Positions 18,461 to 28,620 of a stretch of DNA of 48,349 nt are shown piece by piece. The stretch is from a virus (Duplodnaviria > Caudoviricetes): the IMG/VR virus record IMGVR_UViG_3300024988_000243, positions 1 to 48,349 of that record, one strand, 5' to 3'. A program made the translations under genes and the position numbers. Below the pieces are notes generated by a model, which worked only from the letters and a program-made list of their open reading frames with translations, had not been told where the DNA came from and ran no database searches. Position 1 is the stretch's first letter, and the number at the start of each line of letters is the position of its first letter.

Positions 18461-20002
18461 ATGGCTATTCAGTTTTATTTAACCAGTGCAGGAAAAAATG
18501 CAGTACTTAATGCTGCTAGTTTAGGCTTAAATGTTTCGTTGACGCATATCGCTGTCGGTTCAGGTAAATATGATCCGTCAAATGCGATGACTTTAACCAA
18601 TTCAGCTCTAGTTTCAGAAATTGAACGTTATCCCTTGAATGGTGGTAGCGTAGAACCATTATCACACACCTTAAGATTCGTAGCTAATATTGAACCTACA
18701 CAAACCACAGATGGTTATGAAATAGGACTAATCACAGATCAGGGTGTTTTATTTGCTATCGCAGCTACAACTTCCAATACACCATTAATTCGATTGGTTG
18801 CGAATATTGTATCAATCGTCACTTTTGGAATGATTTTATCAAATCTCAATTTAAGCAACTTAGTTATTAGTGTTGATCCAAATACACCTATTGCTGTGGC
18901 ATTAATGAATCAGCATCTTGGAGGTGTTGATCCCCATCCTCAATATGCAACAAAAACACTGGTAAATAGCTTAATTGATATTAATGTAGAGGATGCAGTC
19001 GATTATTTAGTCTCTTTGCTTGTTGCACATCAAAATGCTTCAAATCCTCATCCTCAATATCTCCTAGCATCAACTTTTGGTGTTGAACTAAAAATGACAG
19101 CTAGTGTGGATACCGTGATCAAAGATGAAAATAGAGTATTCGGATGGAATGGTGAAACAGGTGATACTTTAGCTTTTCATAAAACACCAAAATGGTGGGT
19201 AAGACATGATGAAACTGTAACTTTCAAGCCTTTTCGATCATATGGATATTTCCTCTTGAATCTTCAATTTCAGCCAGAGGGAGAGGGCAAATTAGATATA
19301 GCTATCTTTGATAAAAATAATCAAAAACTCACTGAAAATAATATTCTTAGTATTAATTCAACCAGTTATAACGAAGTAATTAAACATGTGTTTTACTTAA
19401 ATCCAGGTGAATATGCAAAAATAAGAATTTATGGTGAAGTATGGAATGACAATTGGGGATTTTTTAGTGGTTCAATATATGTTGATGATCGTCCAAAAGT
19501 ATTTAGCCCAGTAGGATACCAATCAAGTGTCAATTTAACGAATATTGTTGAAAATGGAAGCATTTCAAATGATATTCCGCTTGATTATACAAATTTTTCT
19601 AGTTCTGAATGGTCAAGATTTGATGCAGATCAAAATCTACATATAGCATTAACTTCAACCACATCTTTTACTGATCCATCAAATGTAAATCCTCATTATC
19701 ACCGAAGATCGTTTGGAAATAATATTGCCTTGTGGATTATTATTCAAGTTGGTAAACAGACAACACAAACACCAAGTGATTTAGAAGCAGTTGATTGTAA
19801 AGTTATTCGTGGTTCCACAGATAATCAAGGAAATATTGTTATAACAATTCCACTTTCAATGCGTTCAGTTTCAACTCCAAATAATGAAACATTGGTTTAT
19901 CAAGTTGCTTACTATTCTTCAAATGTAAATAAAACAATAAATGATTCAGCATTTCCAGTTGGAAATCTTGATGGCATACATGAATTCTATGTGAGGCATT
20001 GA
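18461..20002 (+). CDS. Tail fibre protein
   Basis: Tail-collar N-terminus (LTSAG...THIAVGSG...EIGL), two HxxxxxPHPQY repeats, beta-rich C-terminus. Confidence 0.85.
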   Translation: MAIQFYLTSAGKNAVLNAASLGLNVSLTHIAVGSGKYDPSNAMTLTNSALVSEIERYPLNGGSVEPLSHTLRFVANIEPTQTTDGYEIGLITDQGVLFAIAATTSNTPLIRLVANIVSIVTFGMILSNLNLSNLVISVDPNTPIAVALMNQHLGGVDPHPQYATKTLVNSLIDINVEDAVDYLVSLLVAHQNASNPHPQYLLASTFGVELKMTASVDTVIKDENRVFGWNGETGDTLAFHKTPKWWVRHDETVTFKPFRSYGYFLLNLQFQPEGEGKLDIAIFDKNNQKLTENNILSINSTSYNEVIKHVFYLNPGEYAKIRIYGEVWNDNWGFFSGSIYVDDRPKVFSPVGYQSSVNLTNIVENGSISNDIPLDYTNFSSSEWSRFDADQNLHIALTSTTSFTDPSNVNPHYHRRSFGNNIALWIIIQVGKQTTQTPSDLEAVDCKVIRGSTDNQGNIVITIPLSMRSVSTPNNETLVYQVAYYSSNVNKTINDSAFPVGNLDGIHEFYVRH

Positions 20003-20006
20003 ATTT

Positions 20007-20279
20007 ATGATCAATGAATATCGGAATGCGATCAGAGACCTAATCAATAAGAACATTCAGCAGGGAAAGCTGAATAGTCTTATTGTCTGGGATGTCAAAT
20101 CAGATGAAGCACAAGATCCAACATTATTGAGCTTCAGGATTTATGGTTCACGTAATCACACGGATGTGATTCAGGTCGCTTGTGGTGTTTCTGGAATTTG
20201 GGAAAAGTTACCTGAAAAACGAATTGCAGTACCTCTAATCACAGATGTAATGCGGTTACGGCGTGAATATCATGTATAG
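20007..20279 (+). CDS. Small baseplate protein (gpX/LysM-like)
   Basis: WDVKSDE..DPTLLSFRIYGS pattern, 90 aa. Confidence 0.55.
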   Translation: MINEYRNAIRDLINKNIQQGKLNSLIVWDVKSDEAQDPTLLSFRIYGSRNHTDVIQVACGVSGIWEKLPEKRIAVPLITDVMRLRREYHV

Positions 20280-20369
20280 GAGGAAGTTTGTTTAATAATT
20301 ATACTGTTAAAAATAAAGATCATTTGAAAATAACGTATCTTGATTTTTATATTTATTTGCGAGGTCTAA

Positions 20370-21242
20370 GTGCTAAATAATGCAGTCAATCGAGTAGCAA
20401 ATGGTCGTCATTTAGCTGCTAGACGTGTCGTCATGAATACGCTAGGGAGTATCCCAAGCCAAGTATGGCGTAAGCGAATTGTATATAGCAATCCAGCAGA
20501 TGCAGGTCTACCCGTAGATCCGCTTTCATTTGAAGCAAATGCCTTATCAATCCAAGATGAACCGAACTATGAATATAATCATTTAGGTTTTGCCTATGTT
20601 TTAGCAGATAAGTTTAACGGTGGTGTGATTCATAAAAATAACAGTATAAATAGCCCAAATGATTTGACCTTAATCGTTCAAATTGCTGCTTACAACGCTG
20701 ATTTAGACACTTTGACAGAGCAGATTAATGAGATACCAGATACCCAATTTCAAGAGGGTGATTTGCTGGCTTTGATGATCTATGAAGGATTCATTGTATG
20801 GTTTGAAATCGTTGGAATCACTGGGCAAACCTTGATGTCAGATTTTGGTAAAAAGTATGTTTTAAACCGCCGTGATGAGTTAGGTATTGATCCGATTCAG
20901 AGCGAAGTAGAGTTAAGGGTGGCCATCAAAGTGTTAAGAGATTTAATAGAGTTCAGACGAGGCGAAGTTTTTAACACAGGAATTAGCTTTACTGACAAAG
21001 AAAATAATCAAAGTCTTGAACTTACTGATGATATGCAAATCACAGCTCAAGTGAAATCAAATGCTAGTCAACTCATTTCTACTTTGGATGTTCAAAAAGA
21101 TAGTGATCAAGTTGGGCGCGTTTGGGTGGAATCAATAACAGATAGTAGCCAGTGGCCGTTAGATTATGCCCAGTTAGAAGTCACAATTAAGCAAAATGAT
21201 GTCGTCATAGGCGAACATATATTGCCTTTCAAAGTGGTGTAA
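20370..21242 (+). CDS. Structural protein (putative neck) with C-terminal BppU-like domain
   Basis: C-terminal IEFRRGEVF...ITAQVK...SQWP...LEV pattern; GTG start. Confidence 0.5.
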   Translation: MLNNAVNRVANGRHLAARRVVMNTLGSIPSQVWRKRIVYSNPADAGLPVDPLSFEANALSIQDEPNYEYNHLGFAYVLADKFNGGVIHKNNSINSPNDLTLIVQIAAYNADLDTLTEQINEIPDTQFQEGDLLALMIYEGFIVWFEIVGITGQTLMSDFGKKYVLNRRDELGIDPIQSEVELRVAIKVLRDLIEFRRGEVFNTGISFTDKENNQSLELTDDMQITAQVKSNASQLISTLDVQKDSDQVGRVWVESITDSSQWPLDYAQLEVTIKQNDVVIGEHILPFKVV

Positions 21243-21244
21243 CC

Positions 21245-22477
21245 ATGAAAACAGCAGCTCATATTAATTTATCTGGTGATCGTCCGAATCGTTGGGGATC
21301 AGTGAAAGGCAATTTATCTGATCAGACAGATTTAAAGGAAGCCTTACAAGGCAAAACAAGCAAAGAAGAAACAACAGGATTAGCTGAAAATCTAAATCAA
21401 GTACAAGCTTTGGCTCAAACGAACGAGCTAAAAATTGGTACCAAAGCAGATCAAATTGATTTGGAAACGGCACAGATACAGGTTGAAAACAATCGTTTAG
21501 CGATTTTGACTAAAGTCGATATACAAGCTCTTGCTATGCTTGCTCAGTTAGTTGATACAAAAGCAGATCAAGCATATGTTAATCAACAGATTGCTGATCT
21601 AGTTGGGGCAGCTCCAGAAGCTTTAAACACAGTTTACGAGCTTGCAGCTGCTATACAAAATAATCAAAGCATAATTGATACGCTCAATCTGTCAGTAGCG
21701 AATCGCATTCGATTTGATGTTGCGACTCAAGCGCTAACAGAGCTTCAAAAGCAAAATGCACGTACAAATATTGGTGCAGAAAAGCTTGGGACAGCTCAGG
21801 AACTGGTGAGTCAAATCACTGCACAAAGCTTAGGTGCAGCTACAGCTGCTCAAGGTTCAAAAGCTGATACTTCTTTACAGAGTGCAGATGTCGCACCAGT
21901 CGCATTAACAGGTCTATTTTCAAGCTTAGCAAATCAAAACAAAATCTTTGATGTGATATTCAATACTTATGCCCTAGGTTCTAATGCTGAAATTTCTGCT
22001 TCAGATACGCTTGGGCAAATGCTCGGGAAAATTCAAGCTCAAATTAAAAATATGGGAACTGGGGGAAGTAGTTTTAATTGGGTCGATGCAACTTCGATTA
22101 ATGGTTTTTCATTGCAAGGAGGTATCCAACATAAATCACTTAAGTTTGCTAAAAAAGATGGGATGTTGTGGATTTGTGGGGCATTGACAATACCGGGTTA
22201 TATGGGTGCAGGATTAAAAATATTTAATATTTTAAATTCTGATTACTTGGTTGAACAATACGTTACAAATATTTATGGTGGTGAAACTCAAATCGCAGTT
22301 TTTCCCATAAATTTTCATGCAAATACTTATTTTCAAGCGCCTAGTAATTCAAATATGTTGGCAATGTTTTATATATTAAATGGAAATTTTTATTTGAAAT
22401 TGCAGTACCAAATCCCAAGTGATGGTGGATTTATTGCATTCAAGCCAACACCAATCGGACGCTTGGCAAATTCCTAA
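21245..22477 (+). CDS. Second fibre/whisker-like protein
   Basis: WGSVKGNLSDQTDL, KAD repeats, APEALNTVYELAAAI, QKQNARTNIGA, variable C-terminal domain. Confidence 0.75.
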   Translation: MKTAAHINLSGDRPNRWGSVKGNLSDQTDLKEALQGKTSKEETTGLAENLNQVQALAQTNELKIGTKADQIDLETAQIQVENNRLAILTKVDIQALAMLAQLVDTKADQAYVNQQIADLVGAAPEALNTVYELAAAIQNNQSIIDTLNLSVANRIRFDVATQALTELQKQNARTNIGAEKLGTAQELVSQITAQSLGAATAAQGSKADTSLQSADVAPVALTGLFSSLANQNKIFDVIFNTYALGSNAEISASDTLGQMLGKIQAQIKNMGTGGSSFNWVDATSINGFSLQGGIQHKSLKFAKKDGMLWICGALTIPGYMGAGLKIFNILNSDYLVEQYVTNIYGGETQIAVFPINFHANTYFQAPSNSNMLAMFYILNGNFYLKLQYQIPSDGGFIAFKPTPIGRLANS

Positions 22478-22558
22478 TGTTATTTTGGAACTAATGAGAA
22501 AAAATTTAGATTTTTCTTAGAGAATATCTATATCAAATCATTTGAAGTAATAAAGACA

Positions 22559-22861
22559 ATGACCTATTTAGTTTTCAATAAAACAGGAAAAAGTACAGGT
22601 GATAAAGAAATGGTTGGGCAATGTACTTCAGCTATTTTTAATTATCAGGTAATTGGTGTTGATGCAGTGGTTAATTTCTTTGGTAGTAATCACCCGAATC
22701 CCAATATTAATGATGAAGAACATTGGTCGCCAATTGTGACAATTAGTACAGGTGTTCCAGACACGGAACCATTTCGACAACATGCGTGGGATAAATTGCG
22801 TTATGTCGTCACTGCTGGTACAGATGTCGAGATTTATGTTTCCAGTGGTGTGTCTGGGTAA
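22559..22861 (+). CDS. Hypothetical late protein
   Basis: 100 aa beta-rich ORF with its own late motif and downstream terminator. Confidence 0.7.
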   Translation: MTYLVFNKTGKSTGDKEMVGQCTSAIFNYQVIGVDAVVNFFGSNHPNPNINDEEHWSPIVTISTGVPDTEPFRQHAWDKLRYVVTAGTDVEIYVSSGVSG

Positions 22862-23015
22862 TCAGCTAATTACTACTCATATGAGTCCATCATCATTGAT
22901 GGGCTTTTTTATTTGTCTCATTAAATTATTTGCTATTGGAACTGCTTAAATCAAACTATTTTTAACATGCGAAATTAGGCTATCAATTTTCATAAACCTA
23001 TTTGCAGGTGAAAAA

Positions 23016-24770
23016 ATGTCAGTTTTATCTGATTCTCAAAATGCACAATATCAAGCGCAATTATCAGCAGTTGCACAATGCCAAAACTATTTTTATCAAC
23101 AGGGTGAAACAGGAAGTTTTGATAGTGTAAACAATATGGTCGAAACGAGACCCACAGTATTAAATCAAATTCTAGACACCATTGGATTTGATAGTGCTCT
23201 AGATATAGATAATGCGATTAAATGTGGTATTTCACAATATCAGTATTGTCATGGTGGTGATCTTCCACATCCTTCTGTTTTAGCCACTGCATTAAATGCA
23301 GGATATATAATTGCTAATAAAATTAAACCTTTAGCAGGAACTTATCAAAAGTTCGAAGATGGTTTTGATGATGTAAGTAATACGCATCAAGAATCAGTCA
23401 GTATTGTACCTGCTGTTACTGTAGCAACAATCGCCACTTTAATTGCATTTGCAACACCGATTATTGCGTACATTCCTAATAGTAATGGTTCAAATGAAGT
23501 ACCTATTGTAGCTGTTCGTTTCACAACAGATCGCGCTTTTGGTGCTATGAATAAAGGTGAATATTTGGATGGAATAAATGCATCTAAACCATATTCAGAA
23601 GGCCGCTTCCGTTTTGTGTTAGATAATGGAGGTTCTGGAACTACATATACAACAACCGCTCATACGAAATATGCAGACTTTTCTGCTAAGACACCTGATA
23701 CAAATGCCCCATTATTACCATTTATTGGGGGAAATATATCAATCAGAATTAATGGTAAAGAAGTTGCTCACACGCGTAACCGTAGTAAGTCGAAATTAAC
23801 TGGTCAAATTTCGGCTATTGCTGAAAAATCAGCAAAAATTGCTGGTGTAGAATATAAAGTAACTGCGAGTTCAATTAATTTAGATACGAGTGTTATTTCC
23901 GTAACTTTAGATCAAGCCTTACCAAATGGTGCAAAATTGGAGGTATTTTTAGTTGCTGATTATGATGCTCGTGATAATGCTAATAAATATAAGCTTGATC
24001 CTGTTGGTGTCAGTATCATGGCAGATTATGAGACTCTCGTAAGCTCACCAATTGTCACCCAAATTCGAGCATCTAAGTTATTGATCAATCAGATTACAAG
24101 CGAATTAAATGTTGGTTTTATTGGTACAGCATTGTCATTAATGCAGGGTAAAATTTATCTTGAACAAACTGTGCGACTACTTGGCGAAGGCAAAGAACGT
24201 GCTCAATATAATGAACGTGAGTTTACATTTGATGTAAGCCGAGGAGTAACAGGTAATTTAGCTGCCGCATACAATACGACTAGCGATCTATTTGGTGAAT
24301 TGATGAAATATATCGAAGCCGCTAAAACAGGAATTGTTCAAGATACTGGTGGAGCAACAATTGGGTTTGATTTATATGTTGGTGACAATGCTAAAGTTTT
24401 CTTTGCACAGTTATCAGCTGATAAAATGCCAACCAAAACTGGAGCAACAGCTGGACATGGACAGATTGTTCGTATTGGGACACTAGTTGATGGTACTAAT
24501 GTTTATCATGTTCCAAGTTCTGCTGGTGTATTAGTTGAAGTAAATCAAGCATTTGAAATGCTATTGGTCGGGCGTGGTAGTGAGCCTGTCCGCAATCCTT
24601 TGGTTGGTATGATTGAAATGCCATTAACCGTTAGTGAGGCTACGCCTGATCCACGTGAGAGTTTACTTGGTCTAATTGGTTCACAAGCTGCTGAGTTAAA
24701 TCCACTTGATCGTTATGCAGACCAATTTGCATTGATCAACGCATTGAATATGCCAAGACTTAAAAACTAA
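23016..24770 (+). CDS. Major capsid protein (P1 gp23-like)
   Basis: 584 aa, own late motif and strong terminator, N-terminal propeptide-like region with FDS motifs, RIGTLVDGTNVYH block. Confidence 0.75.
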   Translation: MSVLSDSQNAQYQAQLSAVAQCQNYFYQQGETGSFDSVNNMVETRPTVLNQILDTIGFDSALDIDNAIKCGISQYQYCHGGDLPHPSVLATALNAGYIIANKIKPLAGTYQKFEDGFDDVSNTHQESVSIVPAVTVATIATLIAFATPIIAYIPNSNGSNEVPIVAVRFTTDRAFGAMNKGEYLDGINASKPYSEGRFRFVLDNGGSGTTYTTTAHTKYADFSAKTPDTNAPLLPFIGGNISIRINGKEVAHTRNRSKSKLTGQISAIAEKSAKIAGVEYKVTASSINLDTSVISVTLDQALPNGAKLEVFLVADYDARDNANKYKLDPVGVSIMADYETLVSSPIVTQIRASKLLINQITSELNVGFIGTALSLMQGKIYLEQTVRLLGEGKERAQYNEREFTFDVSRGVTGNLAAAYNTTSDLFGELMKYIEAAKTGIVQDTGGATIGFDLYVGDNAKVFFAQLSADKMPTKTGATAGHGQIVRIGTLVDGTNVYHVPSSAGVLVEVNQAFEMLLVGRGSEPVRNPLVGMIEMPLTVSEATPDPRESLLGLIGSQAAELNPLDRYADQFALINALNMPRLKN

Positions 24771-24779
24771 TTTTTATAT

Positions 24780-24807
24780 AAAAAAGGCGCCTTTATGCGC
24801 CTTTTTT
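24780..24807 (+). terminator. Intrinsic terminator after the capsid gene
   Basis: AAAAAGGCGC...GCGCCTTTTT. Confidence 0.85.
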
Positions 24808-24842
24808 ATTTCTATCATTTTCTAATTAATAGGTGAGGAAAA

Positions 24843-25298
24843 ATGTCTGAAGCTAATATTAATTTAAAAAAACGCGCTCCAAAACCAAAAGTTGTTATTA
24901 CAAATACAAAGCTAGATGCAGAGGTAAAGAAATTAACTTCAGATTCAAGCAAGAAAGAGATAAGTACTCATATTTCATCATCACAAGTTGAGATCGAGGG
25001 TGAAACTACAAAGGAGGAGCAAATCTATACAGCTATGTCCCAAGTAAAAAAGGAGAAAAATAGTGAAATTGTGGAAAAAGTAATAAGCCCTGACTCAAAG
25101 CAAAAAAATGGCTTGATCCTTGATGTTAAAAACCATGGATTAAGTACAATTTTTGAACCAATCTCAAAAACCACGATTAAAGCTGGAAGAACAGCTCAAA
25201 TTGAGTGTTTAAGTCCTACCGTAAAACAAGCAGTAGTTAATAATCTAAATCAATTTAATGAGTTAGGTAAAAAGGTTGAGGTTTTAAGCAATGAATGA
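24843..25298 (+). CDS. Hypothetical structural protein
   Basis: Low-complexity N-half; C-terminal ~60 aa module paralogous to the next ORF. Confidence 0.7.
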   Translation: MSEANINLKKRAPKPKVVITNTKLDAEVKKLTSDSSKKEISTHISSSQVEIEGETTKEEQIYTAMSQVKKEKNSEIVEKVISPDSKQKNGLILDVKNHGLSTIFEPISKTTIKAGRTAQIECLSPTVKQAVVNNLNQFNELGKKVEVLSNE

Positions 25299-26091
25299 GT
25301 TCAATGGTACGAATCCGCTTCTGGATGCGCTAGGTGATGAGCCTACAATTCGAGATCTCACAATCAATAACAACATAAGTTTTAAAATTGTAGAACCGCT
25401 GACTGGTTTACAGATTCAAGCTGAAACTATTGTTCGTGTGCATGGTGAAGTTGCATTTCAACAAATTCAAAACAATATTACTCAACTGAATGAGCTGAAA
25501 CGGCAAGATGTTGTAACGTGTACTAATATGATTGTGAATGAGCAAATAACACAATGGGAATTAACTAACTGTACTATTTCGAATGGATTATTGACTTATA
25601 CAGGAGGTTTCGCAATTGAAGAAGGCAAATCTTCAGAAGCACCGTTACCTTCTTTATTTGCAACGAAACCATTTGAGGTTGGCGAAGAATTACAATTTAC
25701 TGTAAATCCAAATACTGCCAAGCAATTATGTATTGCTTTTGATAATGGGTCTAAAATCGGGGATTTTAGTGATGGGTCCGCAGCTGTAAAAGAGCGTTCT
25801 GATATTCAGAGAATTCAATTATTTAATGGCCGATCTGCTCCACAAGGTAACATAGATACTACAACTTTGTCTGATGGTTATCTAATTGTCATGACATTAC
25901 AAAATGACTATCAAGCATTACTCACAATCAAAGATACAAGCACAGAACAAGAGTTGGCTAGTTTAATGGTAGATGCATCTAATTTTGAGATTGGACCTTT
26001 TACTCGCATTTGGATTTATGCGGAACTTGAAAGCACAGCATCAATGTTTAACCTCCATTATACAGTTCAAAACCATATTAATCAGAGTTAA
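25291..26091 (+). CDS. Putative decoration protein
   Basis: N-terminal module paralogous to the 24843 ORF plus a beta-rich extension. Confidence 0.6.
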   Translation: MNEFNGTNPLLDALGDEPTIRDLTINNNISFKIVEPLTGLQIQAETIVRVHGEVAFQQIQNNITQLNELKRQDVVTCTNMIVNEQITQWELTNCTISNGLLTYTGGFAIEEGKSSEAPLPSLFATKPFEVGEELQFTVNPNTAKQLCIAFDNGSKIGDFSDGSAAVKERSDIQRIQLFNGRSAPQGNIDTTTLSDGYLIVMTLQNDYQALLTIKDTSTEQELASLMVDASNFEIGPFTRIWIYAELESTASMFNLHYTVQNHINQS

Positions 26092-26105
26092 TTGTTTGAT
26101 TCTCT

Positions 26106-26134
26106 AAAAACTCTGCAAAGGCAGAGTTTTTTTT
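26106..26134 (+). terminator. Intrinsic terminator
   Basis: AAAAACTCTGC-aaag-GCAGAGTTTTTTTT. Confidence 0.8.
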
Positions 26135-26205
26135 ATTGGAACATTCAAAATTATAGGGTTTTACAGAGTGCAAAATAATTAAAACTTTAGCCAAAGGCAA
26201 ACAAA

Positions 26206-26487
26206 GTGAACACAACAAAGATATTAGGTGAGGGGGTTGGGATACAAAGCCAAGGCATTGTAGATCAGACCGAAACACAAACAAATGAAGGTCTTACCTC
26301 AGCTTTAATTATAGGGCGTTTTATGCGTGGACGCGTAGATAAACCTATGACCATCCATCAAGGCAATATTCGTGGTCAATTAGGCTATGAGCCAAATAAT
26401 ACTGATTACATTGCTGTTCAAGATTGCTTAGATACTGGTGTGCCAAGTGTCCGAGTATTACGTGTTAGATCAATAACAGAAATGTAA
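26206..26487 (+). CDS. Tail sheath N-terminal module (stand-alone)
   Basis: IIGRFMRGRVDKP...VRVLRV matches the usual sheath N-terminus and directly precedes the sheath body. Confidence 0.65.
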   Translation: MNTTKILGEGVGIQSQGIVDQTETQTNEGLTSALIIGRFMRGRVDKPMTIHQGNIRGQLGYEPNNTDYIAVQDCLDTGVPSVRVLRVRSITEM

Positions 26488-26503
26488 GGTTAATGGAGTA
26501 AAT

Positions 26504-27787
26504 ATGTCAAATTTAAAATTAACCAGTAATGGAACCTTAATTCTAGACGGTAATAGCGCTGCAGTATTGGATCTAAATTTTGAGACCTTTAGCTTTTTAA
26601 AAAATACAGACCTTGAAGTTGCCTTTTTTAGTAAAGTGGTTACGCCTACTTCACTTCTAGACATCACAATGCATTTGCGAATCATCGATTCAATCACAGG
26701 CGATGAAGTGATTAAAATCAAGGGTATCGTTGATGGTGATCCAGAAAACTTAGCTTCCATTATTGCTGTTGCAGATGCTACTGAAGAATTTGAACAATTT
26801 GATTTACAAATCCATGATGCATTAGGTGCAATTTTATTAAGTCGTGCTTTTAATCCAGCAAATAGTCTTGGACGAAATAAGGAAACATTGTCTTTATCAG
26901 ATGAAGTGCCGCTAAATTTCAATGCTGATGAAACCTATTCATTGATTACCACTTTAGTTGATAAACCAGCTTATTTGGTTTTACCTAGAGTAATTGATAT
27001 TGATGTTTACGTTTCCTTATTACGTGTAGCAGAAAAACTAAATATTCCGTTGGATGTTGAGATTGACGCAACTATGACAGCCGAACAAGCGATTCAATTT
27101 GCTGAAAGTCTGGATGCTCAAACTCATCAAGTCCAACTCATTTGGTCTCCGAATGTATGTCGTGCAAGAGATACAACTTCTCTACGTGGTCGTAAAGTCC
27201 CAGCAACTTATATTGGTCAGTACATCGGTGACAAGTTGCTACGTAATGCTCGTATTAATGCTCACGGTTTTGCACCTATTCATTATGCAGTCGCTTGGAA
27301 AGACTATCCTTTTAAGAAAAAAGCTTTAGAACTACGTTCAGATGTTGTACTTGATGAATCAACTCTAGAAATGCTGGCCCAAGCTAAAGTGAATGTTGTT
27401 CGTCCGATTAAGTTTGAGCGTGTGATGTATGTCCTAAGCGATGTTCTTACTCAGCGACAAAGTAAAAACAGTGCATTGCGCTTGGTGAATGCTGCTGAAA
27501 TCGCTATGCGCACCAAAAATGATGTTGTCGATATTCTAAAGAATCATATGTTGAAACCAACCGAAGATTATTTAGATAAAGCGAGTAAGGAAATAGACAA
27601 ATATTTGTCTGAAGCTGCGACTTCGGGCTGGTTAAAACCTGCTGAAGATTTGAATGGTAAACCTTACGCATTTAGATTAATTCCTGACAAGGATTTTCCG
27701 TTTGAACGAGTTCGTTTGTATTTGGCACGCCGTCCAGAAGGTGCAACCCGTTCTGTAATTTTTGATGACGATGTTTTAGTTAAATAA
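26504..27787 (+). CDS. Contractile tail sheath protein (P1 gp22-like, main part)
   Basis: EMLAQAKVNVV, SALRLVN and C-terminal PEGATRSVIF sheath-like blocks. Confidence 0.75.
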   Translation: MSNLKLTSNGTLILDGNSAAVLDLNFETFSFLKNTDLEVAFFSKVVTPTSLLDITMHLRIIDSITGDEVIKIKGIVDGDPENLASIIAVADATEEFEQFDLQIHDALGAILLSRAFNPANSLGRNKETLSLSDEVPLNFNADETYSLITTLVDKPAYLVLPRVIDIDVYVSLLRVAEKLNIPLDVEIDATMTAEQAIQFAESLDAQTHQVQLIWSPNVCRARDTTSLRGRKVPATYIGQYIGDKLLRNARINAHGFAPIHYAVAWKDYPFKKKALELRSDVVLDESTLEMLAQAKVNVVRPIKFERVMYVLSDVLTQRQSKNSALRLVNAAEIAMRTKNDVVDILKNHMLKPTEDYLDKASKEIDKYLSEAATSGWLKPAEDLNGKPYAFRLIPDKDFPFERVRLYLARRPEGATRSVIFDDDVLVK

Positions 27788-27800
27788 ATAGGTGATAAAA

Positions 27801-28580
27801 ATGTTTGGTACAAATAATCCATTTAACCAAAAACCACAACAAAATGTATTACGTGAATTTGATTCTGCCGCAGTTGGAATTAGTAAGAGCATAAATACAT
27901 TGTTGACCAGTTCGATTCGCGAAGAGCTTTCATTTATTGAACATATAAGAGAAACGGCGTTACATATTGTTTCTGATCTTGTTGATGCAGTTATAGATAA
28001 CACCTTAGATGAAAACGAGTTACCAACAGATCGATTAGATTTACTCATTCTTGATGCCTTAGATGTTGCAGATGATGAAAATGGTACTTTGGAAAATGCA
28101 TTAGTTGCTTCTATTGATGATGTTTTGTCTAGCTTTGGTATTGATGATTCCGTAATTGTCGAGATCTTTAGCGATAATATTGAAGCTGCTGATGCGGCTA
28201 TTGAGGTTGCTGCAGAACAGATAATTGCCAATATGCCTGATGAAGGTGATGCATTAGATCAATTTATTCGTGAATTTATCTATGGAAACGCAGAAGAAAA
28301 ACAAGGTTTTGACTCTCAGAGTGGCAAGGAAAACCGTTCTTATGAGCCGAAATATATTAAGTCTGTTGACGATCGTAAAGTTTATTACAAAGCAAATATA
28401 GCGATCCGTAGTGGACTTAAAAAAATTGTGAATAAACGTTTATCCGCTAAACGGGCTATTGTTGCAAGTAACCAAGAAATCGGATTGAAAAAGACTCGTT
28501 TAAAAGAGCGTTCAGCAAGTTTTTTGCGTAAACGTATGAGGTCATTACTGAAAGGTAAAAAGATTGGTTTTAATAAATAA
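27801..28580 (+). CDS. Acidic head core/scaffold-like protein with basic C-tail
   Basis: Acidic helical core flanked by two FDS motifs; K/R-rich C-terminus. Confidence 0.55.
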   Translation: MFGTNNPFNQKPQQNVLREFDSAAVGISKSINTLLTSSIREELSFIEHIRETALHIVSDLVDAVIDNTLDENELPTDRLDLLILDALDVADDENGTLENALVASIDDVLSSFGIDDSVIVEIFSDNIEAADAAIEVAAEQIIANMPDEGDALDQFIREFIYGNAEEKQGFDSQSGKENRSYEPKYIKSVDDRKVYYKANIAIRSGLKKIVNKRLSAKRAIVASNQEIGLKKTRLKERSASFLRKRMRSLLKGKKIGFNK

Positions 28581-28592
28581 ATTAAAGCTTAA

Positions 28593-28620
28593 TTTAAGGG
28601 CTAAGAATCTAGCCCTTAAA
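28593..28620. terminator. Bidirectional terminator
   Basis: TTTAAGGGCTA...TAGCCCTTAAA between convergent genes. Confidence 0.75.

Noticed and set aside
20281-20325. Possible 15th late motif (GGAAG...AAAGAT) before 20370
   Set aside because: Mismatches in both boxes; not counted.
18461-22477. Invertible tail-fibre cassette (P1 cin/cix) or diversity-generating retroelement
   Set aside because: No serine invertase, reverse transcriptase, inverted fibre copy or template repeat seen.
26470-28231. Minus-strand ORFs 26470-26922 and 27776-28231
   Set aside because: Antisense to well-supported structural genes.
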